Shown here: one piece after another, positions 27,985 to 38,424 of the stretch
Layout of the letters: each line of letters starts with the position of its first letter
Position numbering within the stretch: position 1 is the stretch's first letter
NCBI GenBank assembly: GCA_963792585.1
Contig: CAWBWI010000002.1
Span: forward strand, 224,001-288,000
Length of the DNA stretch: 64,000 bases
From: Candidatus Eiseniibacteriota bacterium
GTDB lineage: Bacteria > Eisenbacteria > RBG-16-71-46 > CAIMUX01 > VGJL01
Direction: 5' to 3'
Made by a program: the position numbers and the translations under genes
The notes under the pieces: model-generated
What the model was told of the DNA's origin: nothing
The model's input: only the letters and a program-made list of their open reading frames with translations
Database searches by the model: none

Positions 27985-30651
27985 TCAGATCGGCATCCAG
28001 TAGGTGATCTTCGCGAGGAAGACGTTCTCCGGCTCGTTCTTGAAGAGCGACTCGGTGTTCATCCCGTTGCGAAAACCAGTGGGGTCAGCAGAGAACCGGC
28101 GCTCGACGTACGACGCGCGACCGTGGGTCCAGACCAGGAAGAAGGTGCTCCCCGGACGGTACTCCCAACGGTAGACCGTATTGAGATTCATGGATGCATA
28201 GCGGAAGTCATAGCCTCGGACATCGAATCCGGCAGGCTCGTAGGGGATGAGATGGTATGTGTCCGGTTGGGCGAGTTCCCTTGGCCGCTGATAGCTCCCG
28301 ATCGTGAGGAAGGGTTGGGCGTAGATCTCCAGCGATTGGCTTCGGCTGAACAGCAGGCTGGTCCGTAGGGTCCCATCGAGCGTCTTCTGATCGATCTCGC
28401 CGAAGACGTAGCTCACGCCGCCGATCCCTCCGCCCGGGTTCTCGAAGTTGTCGAGGTGCTGGGTGTCATCCCGGCGCGTCTCGAAGTGGATCTCGAAATC
28501 GTGACGCACGGCTCCGGTCTGGTTCCAGCCGAGCCCGGCGGCGATCTCGCGAACCAGATTCTTCGCCCGGTCGACGGAGTAGGTTCCGTTCATGGAGACG
28601 ATCCAGGGCTTCCGCGTGTCGGTGCTGACCCCGAGCCATGAAGTGTAGGTGGCCGGCTCGCCGATCAGGGGACCTCCGCCGGGAATCGCCGCCTGGCCAC
28701 CCGCCTGGAGGCGGACCGAGTTGCGGGTCTCATAGCGCTGCGTCCCTTCGAACTGGTAGGAGAATCCGCTATCCAACTCCCAGAAGTTGCGGAGTTGTGT
28801 CCACCCGTTCACGTTCGTGGAGGAGAGGCCCCGGTGCCCGCGGCCATACGACCAGGTCCGCTCTCCCGACTGCAGGTCGAGGCCCGTGCGACCCGCGTAC
28901 ATCCAACTCGGATTGGCATTGAAGTTGAGGTTTGCGCGCTTGAACAAGCCGTCCTTGCCGTTCGGGTTGTAGCGCCACTGCACCCAGGCCGATGCGCCGA
29001 TGTCGTCGGATGCTCGCAGATAGCCTGCGTCGTTGAGATTGAGGTGCGTCGAGGTCCAGCGACCGCTCAACGATCCCGACCAGACCGCGCCGCTTCGTTG
29101 GGCGCCCACGTGCCCTCCCGTTCCGTACGAACGGGCCGGCCGGAAGCTCGGATCGGCGGAGCGTCCTTCCGGGGAGATCACCGAACCGACGAACGAACCG
29201 TCGATGCGATAGAGGCGATCCTTGAACAGGACCGAGGCGTCCGCGCCCGTCGTATAGGCTTCCCGGGATCCCAGGTCACCGAATCGATCCCGGCTGCCCG
29301 GCCGCACGACTGCGGTCTGCATGATGTTGAAACGCTGCTTCCCGCCCTGGAATTCCTTCCCGAACCGCCCGACGAAGTAGTTCGCCTGCGGCGAGCCTCC
29401 CATGAACGGGTTGTGCGTCTGGCCGCGTCCCGTGACATCGGTGGTCGCCATGAGGGCGCCGATCGACACCCCGTCTTGCGTCTTTCCGGTTAGTTTTGCG
29501 GCGCCCCGGATGCGCGAGGTCTCGTCCCCGGTACCGATCCGGCGGGAATAGAAGAGATCGAAGGCCTGTTGGTCGAAGTAGCGACTTCCCTCGGTGAAGA
29601 ACGGCCTCTTCTCCTGCAGGAATACTTCGAATGGCGACAGGTTCAAGACGGCCGGGTCCGCCTCGACCTGCCCGAAGTCGGGCTGAATCGTCGCGTTCAG
29701 CGCGAGGTTGGAGGTGATTCCGTACATCAGGTCGGCCCCGACGTTCTGGGACCGGTCGATCTCATCGGTACCGGGGGCGGAGGGATCCGTGCCCCGGGTC
29801 ACGACGTAGGGGAGCAGGGCGAGTTGCCGTGGAGAGCGAACGTCGTGGATGCCCTCCAGGTGGCCGAACCGGCTGACGAATCCCGGCGTCTGTCTGTCCC
29901 AAACGACCCAAGCGTCCATCTCGCCGCGCGCGTGGATCTTCCGAAAGACGTTGAGCCCCCACGACGAAATGTCCGACCGGTAGCGGATGGAGGAGAAGGG
30001 TATCCGCATCTCCGCATACCACCCGTCCTCGTCCTGGGACGCTTCCGCCTGCCAAACGGCGTCCCAGTCCGTATTCTCCTGGCCGTCATCGAACACGGTG
30101 CCGTCCTGCTGGACCCCCGCCGGGTTGACGAAGAAGAAGTACCCCGTCGTCAGGTCGTGGTAGGGATCGATGTAGATGCCGACTCCGTCGGACTCGCTCT
30201 CGCGGTCGCGCCGGGCGAGCTTCTTGGTGATCATCTGCGCATCCGGCTCCACGCAGGAGAAGGCGAAGTAAACCGCATCCTCATCATAGGCGGTCTTGAA
30301 CACGGTGCTCTGGTAGCCTGCGGCGCCGCGCTCCGGATCCCAGGTCCTGAATCCGGTCCCGCCGTCGGCGCTCGCCCACACCGGATCATCGAGCTTTCCG
30401 TCGACCACGATCGTCCCGCCGTTGTCCAGGCGGAGGGCCTGAATCGAGGGAACCTCGATCCCCGGCCCGGCCCCGGCCGGGGGAGGCGCTTGCGCCTCCT
30501 CGGGAGAGAAGGAGCTGAAGGAAGCCCCTGCGGGCGAGGGGAGGGTGAGAACGGCCAGGCAGAGGAGGAGGGGGAGACGCAGGACGCGCAGTTCACGCCG
30601 TGGCGCTCCTCTCCCGATCACCGCCGCCGAGAACATCCTGGCTCTATTCAT
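27985..30651 (-). CDS. CBM9-like domain + DUF5916 outer-membrane protein
   Basis: VDGKLDDPVW, DWDAVW, WYAEMRIPFSSIRY, NATIQPDFGQVEADPAVLNLSPFEVFLQEKRPFF and LFYSRRIG motifs. Beta-strand-rich C-term ending VFLAKITYW. Confidence 0.85.
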   Translation of the reverse strand: MNRARMFSAAVIGRGAPRRELRVLRLPLLLCLAVLTLPSPAGASFSSFSPEEAQAPPPAGAGPGIEVPSIQALRLDNGGTIVVDGKLDDPVWASADGGTGFRTWDPERGAAGYQSTVFKTAYDEDAVYFAFSCVEPDAQMITKKLARRDRESESDGVGIYIDPYHDLTTGYFFFVNPAGVQQDGTVFDDGQENTDWDAVWQAEASQDEDGWYAEMRIPFSSIRYRSDISSWGLNVFRKIHARGEMDAWVVWDRQTPGFVSRFGHLEGIHDVRSPRQLALLPYVVTRGTDPSAPGTDEIDRSQNVGADLMYGITSNLALNATIQPDFGQVEADPAVLNLSPFEVFLQEKRPFFTEGSRYFDQQAFDLFYSRRIGTGDETSRIRGAAKLTGKTQDGVSIGALMATTDVTGRGQTHNPFMGGSPQANYFVGRFGKEFQGGKQRFNIMQTAVVRPGSRDRFGDLGSREAYTTGADASVLFKDRLYRIDGSFVGSVISPEGRSADPSFRPARSYGTGGHVGAQRSGAVWSGSLSGRWTSTHLNLNDAGYLRASDDIGASAWVQWRYNPNGKDGLFKRANLNFNANPSWMYAGRTGLDLQSGERTWSYGRGHRGLSSTNVNGWTQLRNFWELDSGFSYQFEGTQRYETRNSVRLQAGGQAAIPGGGPLIGEPATYTSWLGVSTDTRKPWIVSMNGTYSVDRAKNLVREIAAGLGWNQTGAVRHDFEIHFETRRDDTQHLDNFENPGGGIGGVSYVFGEIDQKTLDGTLRTSLLFSRSQSLEIYAQPFLTIGSYQRPRELAQPDTYHLIPYEPAGFDVRGYDFRYASMNLNTVYRWEYRPGSTFFLVWTHGRASYVERRFSADPTGFRNGMNTESLFKNEPENVFLAKITYWMPI

Positions 30652-30854
30652 CGGTCCATCTCCTTCGACGTGAGGTTCGCTGCGCCTCCGGGTGCGCGGT
30701 CGAGGTCATAGACGGATCCCGCGGCCGCGGCGTTCATCGGAAACGGAGATTGCATCCCGGGAGAAGAATTTCACCTGCGGTGCGCTGCACGTCCGCGCGT
30801 CGAGAGATAGACTCTCCCCGGGGCGGCGGTCGCCCTGAGGGGATGAAGATTCCA

Positions 30855-31412
30855 ATGGACGCGATCGAACTGATCCTCAGCCGCCGAAGCGTGCGGGCAT
30901 ATACGGACGAGCTTCTGGATGACGGACAGATCAACATGCTCCTTCGGGCGGCAATGGCCGCTCCGACCGCGATCAATCAGAAGCCGTGGGAGTTCGTGGT
31001 CGTGACCGACCCCGAAATCCTCGCGCGGCTTCGGGAGCGACTCGTCTTCGGGCGCTACCACGCGCCGTGCGCGATCGCGGTCTGCGGAAACCGGCGCTTC
31101 GCGCATCCGGCCAACGGCTGGTCGTACTGGGAACAGGATTGCAGCGCCGCGACGGAGAATCTGTTGATCGCCGCGGCCGGCCTCGGTCTCGGGACCGTGT
31201 GGATCGGAGTGCATCCGCTGCCAAGCGTGGTTCGATCGGTCTCCTCGATCCTGAACCTGCCCGAGGAAGTCGTTCCCCTGAACGTGGTCTATGTGGGACA
31301 TCCCGCGGAAACGCCGGAACCCCGGACGCAGTTCGACCCTCGGCGCGTTCACCTGCAGGTGTACGAGCCCCGCAAGCCGCGGGCGCGCGAGAAGAACCCT
31401 AAGAAGGGGTGA
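30855..31412 (+). CDS. Nitroreductase family protein
   Basis: ILSRRSVRAY, AAMAAPTAINQKPWEFVVV and DCSAATENLLIAAAGLGLGTVWIG motifs. Confidence 0.92.
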   Translation: MDAIELILSRRSVRAYTDELLDDGQINMLLRAAMAAPTAINQKPWEFVVVTDPEILARLRERLVFGRYHAPCAIAVCGNRRFAHPANGWSYWEQDCSAATENLLIAAAGLGLGTVWIGVHPLPSVVRSVSSILNLPEEVVPLNVVYVGHPAETPEPRTQFDPRRVHLQVYEPRKPRAREKNPKKG

Positions 31413-31417
31413 TCGTC

Positions 31418-31446
31418 GACGGGGGGCGCATCGAACGACCCCCGTC
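31418..31446. terminator. Hairpin between convergent genes
   Basis: GACGGGGG...CCCCCGTC inverted repeat. Confidence 0.5.
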
Positions 31447-31457
31447 TTACGGGATGT

Positions 31458-31952
31458 TCAGTCCTTCCAGCGCTCCACCTGCCGCCGATGACGAAGGAGG
31501 TGGACGATTCCGTGTTCCAGGATCATCTCCGGGTCGTAGGTCGGTCCCCAGCGCACGGTGAAGGTGAGGCGGGCGACCTCCTCATCCGGTGCATCGTAGA
31601 GCCCTTCCAGGGCGCCCTCGGTGTACCGGAGCGCCTCGACCAGGAGAGGCCGGACGTCGAGAGGCGAGGCCACGCGAGCGGGATCCAACTGGAAGCGGTC
31701 GACGAAGGGGAGCCCGCGCGCCTGCCGGATGTAGTCGGCGTACCGGTGGGCGGCCCCGATCGCATGAATGCAGATCGCGCGGATTGAAATCGTGTCGGGA
31801 TCATCACTCGGACGTTCCCGCAGGAACCGTTCCGATGGGAGCGACCCGATCAGGCGGCAGAACTCCTCTGCCGCGCGGGCCGTTTCGTCCATCAGGGCGC
31901 CCAGAGCGCCGGATAGACCTGGGTGCGCGAGAAACGGATCGGGAGCGGACAT
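31458..31952 (-). CDS. DinB family protein
   Basis: SIRAICIHAIGA and EMILEHGIVHLLRHRRQV His pattern. GGAGG RBS. Confidence 0.85.
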   Translation of the reverse strand: MSAPDPFLAHPGLSGALGALMDETARAAEEFCRLIGSLPSERFLRERPSDDPDTISIRAICIHAIGAAHRYADYIRQARGLPFVDRFQLDPARVASPLDVRPLLVEALRYTEGALEGLYDAPDEEVARLTFTVRWGPTYDPEMILEHGIVHLLRHRRQVERWKD

Positions 31953-32097
31953 GACACCTCCTGGTTGGCACGTCATGCAAACCTCGGCCGGGACCGGTCA
32001 TCCTATCGATTCCGTCCTTTCGTGCCGACACATATATGGGTTACCGTACCGGCACCCTGATCGGGCTAATCCGGCCACTGATGCCGACGGAGGAACG

Positions 32098-32994
32098 ATG
32101 GTTCAGATGAAGAGATGCCTCGGCTGGGCTCTCATGGTGGGGATCCTGCTGATCCCGTCCATGGCCCGCGCCCAGATCGAGCCGAACCTGAGCACCTACA
32201 CGGGCCAGAATGCGAACGGGTACCTCGCCCCCCTCGACGAGGCGCTGGCCGCCACCCTGCAGTCGGGGATGTTCCGCTCCGCAGCGATTCCCAAGAGCAA
32301 GTTCACCTTCAGCCTCGGGGCCGTCTCGGCCTTCGTGAAATTCGCGGATGGGGATCGGGTCTTCACGGCCAGGACCGAGGAGGGCTTCTTCCCTGCCTCG
32401 GAGGTGGAGGCCCCGACGGTGATCGGGGATACCATGGCTGTCTCGCTTGCGGGACAGGGAGGAGCGGTCGCGGTCTTTCCCGGAGGTCTCGATGTGAGCT
32501 CCTTCGGTCTGGCGGTTCCTCAACTGACGGTCGGGGGCTATGCGGGCACCGAGGCGACTGTCCGATTCATCGCGGTCGAGACGGGGGACGCCGACGTCGG
32601 TGATCTGAGCCTGATCGGCGTCGGCCTGCGTCATTCCCTCTCCCAGTACTTCCTGCAACCGCCCGTGGATCTCGCCGTCGGCGGGATGTGGCAGCGACTG
32701 AAGGTGGGGGACGACCTGGTCACCGCCACGGCGCTGTCCCTCGGCGCGCAGGCGAGCAAGCGATTCAACGTCCTCGAACCGTACATCGGGCTCTCCTACG
32801 ACACGTTCAAGTCGGAGGTCGAGTACAAGACCGCGGTCAACGCGGACGAGAAGACGAAGATCGACCTTGATGACGTCAACAACGTCCATATCTTGGTCGG
32901 ATTGGGGATCAACGTCTCCATCCTTCACCTGTATGGCGAAATCGGCTCGGCCGACCGGACGGTCTTCGCGGCCGGTCTGAGCCTGGGGAATTAG
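32098..32994 (+). CDS. Outer-membrane beta-barrel-like protein (DUF6588-like)
   Basis: Signal peptide, NGYLAPL, APTVIG, LAVPQLTVG and GVGLRHSLSQY motifs. Amphipathic strands to the C-term. Confidence 0.65.
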   Translation: MVQMKRCLGWALMVGILLIPSMARAQIEPNLSTYTGQNANGYLAPLDEALAATLQSGMFRSAAIPKSKFTFSLGAVSAFVKFADGDRVFTARTEEGFFPASEVEAPTVIGDTMAVSLAGQGGAVAVFPGGLDVSSFGLAVPQLTVGGYAGTEATVRFIAVETGDADVGDLSLIGVGLRHSLSQYFLQPPVDLAVGGMWQRLKVGDDLVTATALSLGAQASKRFNVLEPYIGLSYDTFKSEVEYKTAVNADEKTKIDLDDVNNVHILVGLGINVSILHLYGEIGSADRTVFAAGLSLGN

Positions 32995-32996
32995 CC

Positions 32997-33614
32997 ATGA
33001 GCAATCACAACTGGACAACCCTGAAGAGAGTGGGCGCCGCGCTGGGGTTCCTGGTCCTCTGTATCGGTTTGACAGGGGAGAGTTGCACCCCGGACCGAAC
33101 GATGGAGGTGGTGATCGCAGCCGACCTGATTGCGGACTTCCATGCCCAGGGCAGCGACAACACCTACTCCGGTGAGACCACGATCGACGTCAGCGACCAG
33201 ATCGACATCCAGGAGATCATGGACGACAACGGACTCGAGGAGATCACGGAAATCAGCGTCCAGAGCGTCTTCCTGAAGACGACGGTGAAGGATGGGGCGC
33301 CGAATCGAACCGTGAGCGGCGCGGTCGACGTCCGTCGCGGCGGTGGGGCGGATGGGGCTCTGGTCACGTACTCGTCGGCGGAGGTGAACTCCGTCGAGTA
33401 CGAGGACTGGGTGGCGATCCCTCTCGAGACCCCCGGGGTGACGATCCTGAACGACGCTTTCGCCGACATCATCGACGGCGCGCCGGTTTCCCTGACGTTC
33501 ACCGCATCCGGGACCTCCACGCCGATCGATACCGCCACCGACTTCTGGTGGCAGGCGAAGCTCCGCGTCAACGTGGTCGGTATCAAGAAAGTAACGGTAT
33601 TCGAGCCGCTCTAG
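32997..33614 (+). CDS. Acidic beta-rich putative lipoprotein
   Basis: Signal ending ...LTGESC. Starts 2 nt after the upstream stop. Confidence 0.65.
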   Translation: MSNHNWTTLKRVGAALGFLVLCIGLTGESCTPDRTMEVVIAADLIADFHAQGSDNTYSGETTIDVSDQIDIQEIMDDNGLEEITEISVQSVFLKTTVKDGAPNRTVSGAVDVRRGGGADGALVTYSSAEVNSVEYEDWVAIPLETPGVTILNDAFADIIDGAPVSLTFTASGTSTPIDTATDFWWQAKLRVNVVGIKKVTVFEPL

Positions 33615-33639
33615 CACAGGCAGAACGGCGCCGAGCGAA

Positions 33640-33671
33640 AATCCCCGCGGGCCCTTCGGCCCGCGGGGATT
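33640..33671. terminator. Bidirectional intrinsic terminator-like hairpin
   Basis: AATCCCCGCGGGCC-CTTC-GGCCCGCGGGGATT perfect 14-bp stem between convergent genes. Confidence 0.75.
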
Positions 33672-33705
33672 CGCGTTGGTCGGTGCGCGTCCGCGAACGA
33701 GTCGC

Positions 33706-35034
33706 CTACCGCAGCTTGAACTTCCCGCCCAGCCAGCCCCGGAGATCCCGGATCGCCACGCGATCCTGAACCAGCGTGTCTCGGTCGCGCACCGTCACCG
33801 ATTCGTTTTGGAGCGTCTCCGAGTCGACGGTGATGCAGAAAGGCGTGCCGGCCTCGTCCATCCGACGGTAGCGCTTGCCCACCGATCCCGCCTCGTCATA
33901 GAAGGTGTAGAAGTCACGCTTGAGCTCAGTGGAGATCCGCTGCGCGACCTCCGGCATCCCGTCACGCTTCACGAGGGGGAAGATGGCGGCCTGGATGGGG
34001 GCGAGATCGGGGCTCAAGGAGAGCAGGACCCGTGTCTCACCCTCGACCTCGTCCTCGCGGTATGCATCGACGAGGGCGGTCAGGACGGTGCGGTCGCACC
34101 CGGCCGAGGTCTCGATGATGTACGGCAGGAAGTGCTCCTTCGACTCGTCATCGAAGTACTCGAGCTTCTTACCGGAGTACTCCTGGTGGCGGCCCAGATC
34201 GAAGTCGCCCCGGTTGTGCACGCCCTCGAGCTCCTTCCAACCGAACGGGAACTCATACTCGACGTCGAAGGCGGCGCGGGCGTAATGGGCCAGTTCGTCC
34301 TTCCCGTGTTCGTGGAAGCGGAGCTTCTCTTTGCGCAGACCGACATCCTCCAGGTACCAGCGCATTCTCTCGGCCTTCCAGTGTTCGAACCACTCCGGGT
34401 CGGTGCCCGGCTTGACGAAGAACTGCATCTCCATCTGCTCGAACTCGCGCGTGCGGAAGATGAAGTTGCCCGGCGTGATCTCGTTGCGGAACGCCTTGCC
34501 GATCTGGGCGATCCCGAACGGGATCTTCTGGCGGCTCGTCGTTCGTACGTTGTCGAAGTTGACGTAGATCCCCTGCGCCGTCTCGGGGCGCAGGTAGATG
34601 ACTGACGACTCGTCCTCGACCGGACCCATGAAGGTCTTGAACATCAGGTTGAACATGCGGGGCGCGGTCATCGTGCCGCGGTTGCCGCAGCGAGGGCAGG
34701 GAGTATTCGGGTCGGTCGGATCCGCCGTCAGATCGTCGGCCCGGAAGCGCGCCTTGCACTGCTTGCAGTCGACGAGGGGATCGGAGAAGTTCTCGACGTG
34801 GCCCGATGCGATCCACACGCGCGGGTGCATCAAGATCGCGGCGTCGAGGCCCTCGATGTCGTCCCGCATCTGCGTCATCGCGCGCCACCAGAGCCGCTTG
34901 ACGTTGTTCTTGAGCCGAACCCCGAGCGGGCCGTAATCCCAGCATGCATTGATGCCGCCGTAGATCTCGCTCGACGGGAAAACGAAGCCGCGCCTCTTCG
35001 CGAGAGCGACGAGCTTCTCCATCACCTTCTCCAT
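33706..35034 (-). CDS. glyQS: Glycine--tRNA ligase, homodimeric type
   Basis: LAKRRGFVFPSSEIYGG, YLRPETAQGI, AFRNEITPGNFIFRTREFEQME and SVGKRYRRMDEAGTPFCITVD motifs. True start is 35034; the longer ORF extension overlaps suhB. Confidence 0.96.
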   Translation of the reverse strand: MEKVMEKLVALAKRRGFVFPSSEIYGGINACWDYGPLGVRLKNNVKRLWWRAMTQMRDDIEGLDAAILMHPRVWIASGHVENFSDPLVDCKQCKARFRADDLTADPTDPNTPCPRCGNRGTMTAPRMFNLMFKTFMGPVEDESSVIYLRPETAQGIYVNFDNVRTTSRQKIPFGIAQIGKAFRNEITPGNFIFRTREFEQMEMQFFVKPGTDPEWFEHWKAERMRWYLEDVGLRKEKLRFHEHGKDELAHYARAAFDVEYEFPFGWKELEGVHNRGDFDLGRHQEYSGKKLEYFDDESKEHFLPYIIETSAGCDRTVLTALVDAYREDEVEGETRVLLSLSPDLAPIQAAIFPLVKRDGMPEVAQRISTELKRDFYTFYDEAGSVGKRYRRMDEAGTPFCITVDSETLQNESVTVRDRDTLVQDRVAIRDLRGWLGGKFKLR

Positions 35035-35136
35035 GACCCCTCCCTGCTGTTCACCGGGCAAAAGTACGTTAGACTCTAGCCTTTCACGGCAGGAACGTTC
35101 AACGGTCCCGGTCGCCACATCCGGGGAGGGGCGAAA

Positions 35137-35916
35137 ATGCTGGAGTTTGCGATCGAGGTCGCCCGAGAAGCGGGCGAGATCCTGATGAGCGCCTACGGGA
35201 AGGTCGAGCGCGGGGGAGTCGAGTACAAGGGGTGGCGGAACCTGGTCACCGAGACTGACCTGGCCGTCGAGGACCACCTTGCGCGACGGATCTCGCAGCG
35301 TTTTCCCGAGCACGGAATCCTCGGGGAGGAGCGGGTCGCGCGCGCAGCGACGGGCAGCGGCCCCGCTCACAGATGGGTCATCGATCCGCTCGACGGGACG
35401 ACGAACTTCGTCCACGCGCACCCGATGTTTTGCGTTTCGATCGGTCTGGAACGTGACGGCGAAGGGATCGTCGGGGTCATTTTCGCGCCCTACCTCGAGG
35501 AGTTGTTCACTGCGGAGCGTGGGCGAGGGGCGTTCCTCAACGGATCCCCGTGCCGCGTGTCGGAAGAAGGCGACCTCTCCCATGCCCTGCTGGCTTCCGG
35601 ATTCGCCTATCGCCAGGACGAGGCCTCGAACACGAATCTGGAGAACTGGTCGCGCCTCTCGCTCGTCTCCCGTGGCCTGCGTCGGTGCGGGGCGGCGGCG
35701 CTCGATCTGGCCTACGTCGCGTGCGGGCGCTATGACGGATTCTGGGAGCTCTATCTCTCCCCATGGGACGTCGCAGCGGGCGCGCTCCTCGTCCACGAAG
35801 CCGGCGGCCGCGTGACCGATCTGGCGGGGAGCGATCGGTGGGCCGATGGGCGAGAGATTCTGGCCACGAACGGGCCGCTGCACGAAGCGATCCGGGAGCG
35901 TCTCACGGGGCCTTGA
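35137..35916 (+). CDS. suhB: Inositol monophosphatase
   Basis: LVTETD, ILGEE, WVIDPLDGTTNF, GAAALDLAYVACGR and WDVAAG motifs. Confidence 0.93.
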   Translation: MLEFAIEVAREAGEILMSAYGKVERGGVEYKGWRNLVTETDLAVEDHLARRISQRFPEHGILGEERVARAATGSGPAHRWVIDPLDGTTNFVHAHPMFCVSIGLERDGEGIVGVIFAPYLEELFTAERGRGAFLNGSPCRVSEEGDLSHALLASGFAYRQDEASNTNLENWSRLSLVSRGLRRCGAAALDLAYVACGRYDGFWELYLSPWDVAAGALLVHEAGGRVTDLAGSDRWADGREILATNGPLHEAIRERLTGP

Positions 35917-35944
35917 GGATGGCGCCGGTTGGCCAACGCGGGGT

Positions 35945-38233
35945 CTAGGGGGTCCTGCCCGATCCTTCGGATCCCCTCAGGGCCTGAATGCGCATATCGA
36001 CCTCCTCGTCCTTCCCTCCCAACGAGATGAACCTGCCGTACGCTGCGAGGGCTTCCTGCGGCTTCGACAGCTTGAGGTCGTAGACCGCCCCGAGCGAGCG
36101 GTAGGTTTCGGCGGAGTTTGGCATTTCCTCGACGGCCCTCCGTAGAGCATCGGCGACGCCCACGTAATCTTCGGTCTTCGTGTGCACGCTCGCAATGCGG
36201 CACCACGCGGCCCAGCGATCCAGGGGTTGGGCGGTTCGATCGTTGCCCACGAGCCGGGCGATCTCTTCCGCCTTCGCGCCGGCCCCGAGCGTCTCGAGCG
36301 CGCGCGCCTGCTGCAGGCGCAGCGAGCGCCGCTGATCGTCCGGAACCGACGGCTCCCGCACGAGCGCGCCGGCGAGGGCATCGATGGCCGCGGGCTGGTC
36401 CGACTCGATCATGCACCAGAGGATGTTGTTGAGGATGTCGACCCGGTGTCTGCTGACGTGGAGGGACCCCTTCTCCGTGCGCAATAGCTCGAGATAGGCG
36501 ACCTGGGCATCGTCGCGATACCGGATCTGGAGCGCGTAGTTCGCTCGATAGAAGGGGGCGTAGGGAAAACGCAACGGCGTCAGGAACGACGGACGCTTGC
36601 TCTGCGTGAAACGCACGATCTCGTCGGCCAGCGCCTTCTCGCGCCGGGGATCGCGGGGAGCGGTCGAGAGGAGCTGTCTGGCTTCCCACTTTTTCAGGAC
36701 GGCGACGTTCGGGCCGTTTCTCCTGCAGAGGACGACCGCCGTCAGGTCGACATGGACGGTCCCCCACTCCGGATTGTCGATCGAGAGATAGCGCAGCAGG
36801 GCGGGCATTTCGTAAAAGTCGAGCACGATCGCTTGAAACCTGCGCTCCCGATCGAGCTTCTGCCAGATCGCCGCGATGTTCCCCTCATTTGCCGTGCGGA
36901 TGCTCTGGTAAGCCTCGATCGTTTCCGGAGTGCCGACCCACCGTGCATCCAGGAATGGAAGCAGCCGTGTGCCGTTCTCGAGGACGATCGCGCCGGCCGC
37001 AAGCGGATGATGGAAGATCGGACCCTGGAGCTTCTCCTCCCGCAGAAACCGCGCGGCGTCGAGTCCTGCGAATGCATGGTTGAAACCGAAGGCGATGCGG
37101 CGGTCTTGGTCCTGCCGCAGAAACAGGCGGTTGCTTGCCAGCCCCCAGATTCCCGCGATCCCCACAGCGAGCGTCGTTACGGCCAGCGCGCCCGCCAAGA
37201 TTCGCGAGACGCCGGGACGCAAACGCTCCGTCACCGCCGCGACTGCGACGGGAAGGAAAACGGCAGTGGTCAACGCGAAGAGCGGCATCGCGCGGCGGGC
37301 GCGCGCGGCGAGAACGGCTGTGATCAGCAGGGCGAAGATCGCACCCCATCCGAGTCTTCTGCGGGCGATCAGCGCGATCGCGAGGACGATCGGAAGCGCG
37401 ACCCGGAACGCCCAGACGGCAAATCCCGTCTCGTAGCTGGTGAATGGGCTCATCATCTCGGCAATCTGGAAGGGGAGGGAGTAGTTCTTCCCCAGGAACT
37501 GCACGAGATAGAGCTGACTCTGCCAGGAGGCCGGCCCCGCGGGTCCCACGAAGGTTGCCAGGATCAGGGCGCCGAGGATCTTCGCGTCCCGCCGCAGGTC
37601 TCCTTTCCGATCGAGGCGATCTCCGACGGCGAACGCCGCGAAGAGGGCGGGGAGGAGGCCAAACCAGATGTGCGTGTTCACCCAGACCACTTGGAGGGGG
37701 ACCAGGAGCCACTCGGACCGGGAGCCGCGATGCCTCAATAGAAGCCAGAGGGCGGCGATCCAGGCGAGGAACGAGAAGAGCTCCGGCCGATCCAGGAAGC
37801 GTTCCTGGGAAATGAGGAGGGCGATGAGGAACCCGAAGGCGATCGCCCAGATGGGGGCCCGGAGTCTGCGCGCCAGTAGCAGGGCGGCGGCAAACGCGGC
37901 GATCAAAAGGATCGCGCGCAGGAGGACGATTCCGGAGGGTCCGATCCGGTCGTAGGTCTCCGCGACGGCAATCTGATAGAGCCAGTAGCTGTACGCCTGC
38001 TTCAGGATCTCCGGCGCCTGCCCCATGGTGAGGTGGCGAACACCGCCGAAGTCGGAAAGTAGGAGCCGGCCGATGGCGATGTGCCGACCGAGGTCGGCAT
38101 CGATAATGTCCGTGCAGGCGAGTAGGAGGAGAATGACAGCGCACGCCGCGATCGCCGCCCAGGCCGCGATCGTGAACCGACTCGAGGGGGAGACCTGTCT
38201 GATTTCCGGTTCTTTGCGCCCAAGTTCACGCAT
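35945..38233 (-). CDS. Polytopic membrane protein (GT-C-like) with C-terminal TPRs; start uncertain
   Basis: About 11 TM segments, DADLGRHIAIGR, RPELFS, WVNTH and PFLDAR motifs. C-term TPR (PNSAETYRSLGAVY...EALAAYGRF). Confidence 0.65.
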   Translation of the reverse strand: MRELGRKEPEIRQVSPSSRFTIAAWAAIAACAVILLLLACTDIIDADLGRHIAIGRLLLSDFGGVRHLTMGQAPEILKQAYSYWLYQIAVAETYDRIGPSGIVLLRAILLIAAFAAALLLARRLRAPIWAIAFGFLIALLISQERFLDRPELFSFLAWIAALWLLLRHRGSRSEWLLVPLQVVWVNTHIWFGLLPALFAAFAVGDRLDRKGDLRRDAKILGALILATFVGPAGPASWQSQLYLVQFLGKNYSLPFQIAEMMSPFTSYETGFAVWAFRVALPIVLAIALIARRRLGWGAIFALLITAVLAARARRAMPLFALTTAVFLPVAVAAVTERLRPGVSRILAGALAVTTLAVGIAGIWGLASNRLFLRQDQDRRIAFGFNHAFAGLDAARFLREEKLQGPIFHHPLAAGAIVLENGTRLLPFLDARWVGTPETIEAYQSIRTANEGNIAAIWQKLDRERRFQAIVLDFYEMPALLRYLSIDNPEWGTVHVDLTAVVLCRRNGPNVAVLKKWEARQLLSTAPRDPRREKALADEIVRFTQSKRPSFLTPLRFPYAPFYRANYALQIRYRDDAQVAYLELLRTEKGSLHVSRHRVDILNNILWCMIESDQPAAIDALAGALVREPSVPDDQRRSLRLQQARALETLGAGAKAEEIARLVGNDRTAQPLDRWAAWCRIASVHTKTEDYVGVADALRRAVEEMPNSAETYRSLGAVYDLKLSKPQEALAAYGRFISLGGKDEEVDMRIQALRGSEGSGRTP

Positions 38234-38424
38234 GATCGGCGGCATTCTAGCAGAGGAACGATTCACTGGTCGCGGAATTGGGGGGAGAATCCGTGCCGGG
38301 CATAGCCCCGCCCCCGACCCGCCGGGGCTGCCCAGCCTCAATATATTCGGGCCGGCGCGATTCTCCTGTCTTGACCGGTCGTTCGGATTGGTAGAATCTA
38401 ATCGGTCACATTGATGGAGGTTCC

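Noticed and set aside
35035..35883. 283-aa N-terminal extension of the GlyRS ORF
   Set aside because: It is the antisense of suhB. GlyRS homology and an RBS begin at 35034.
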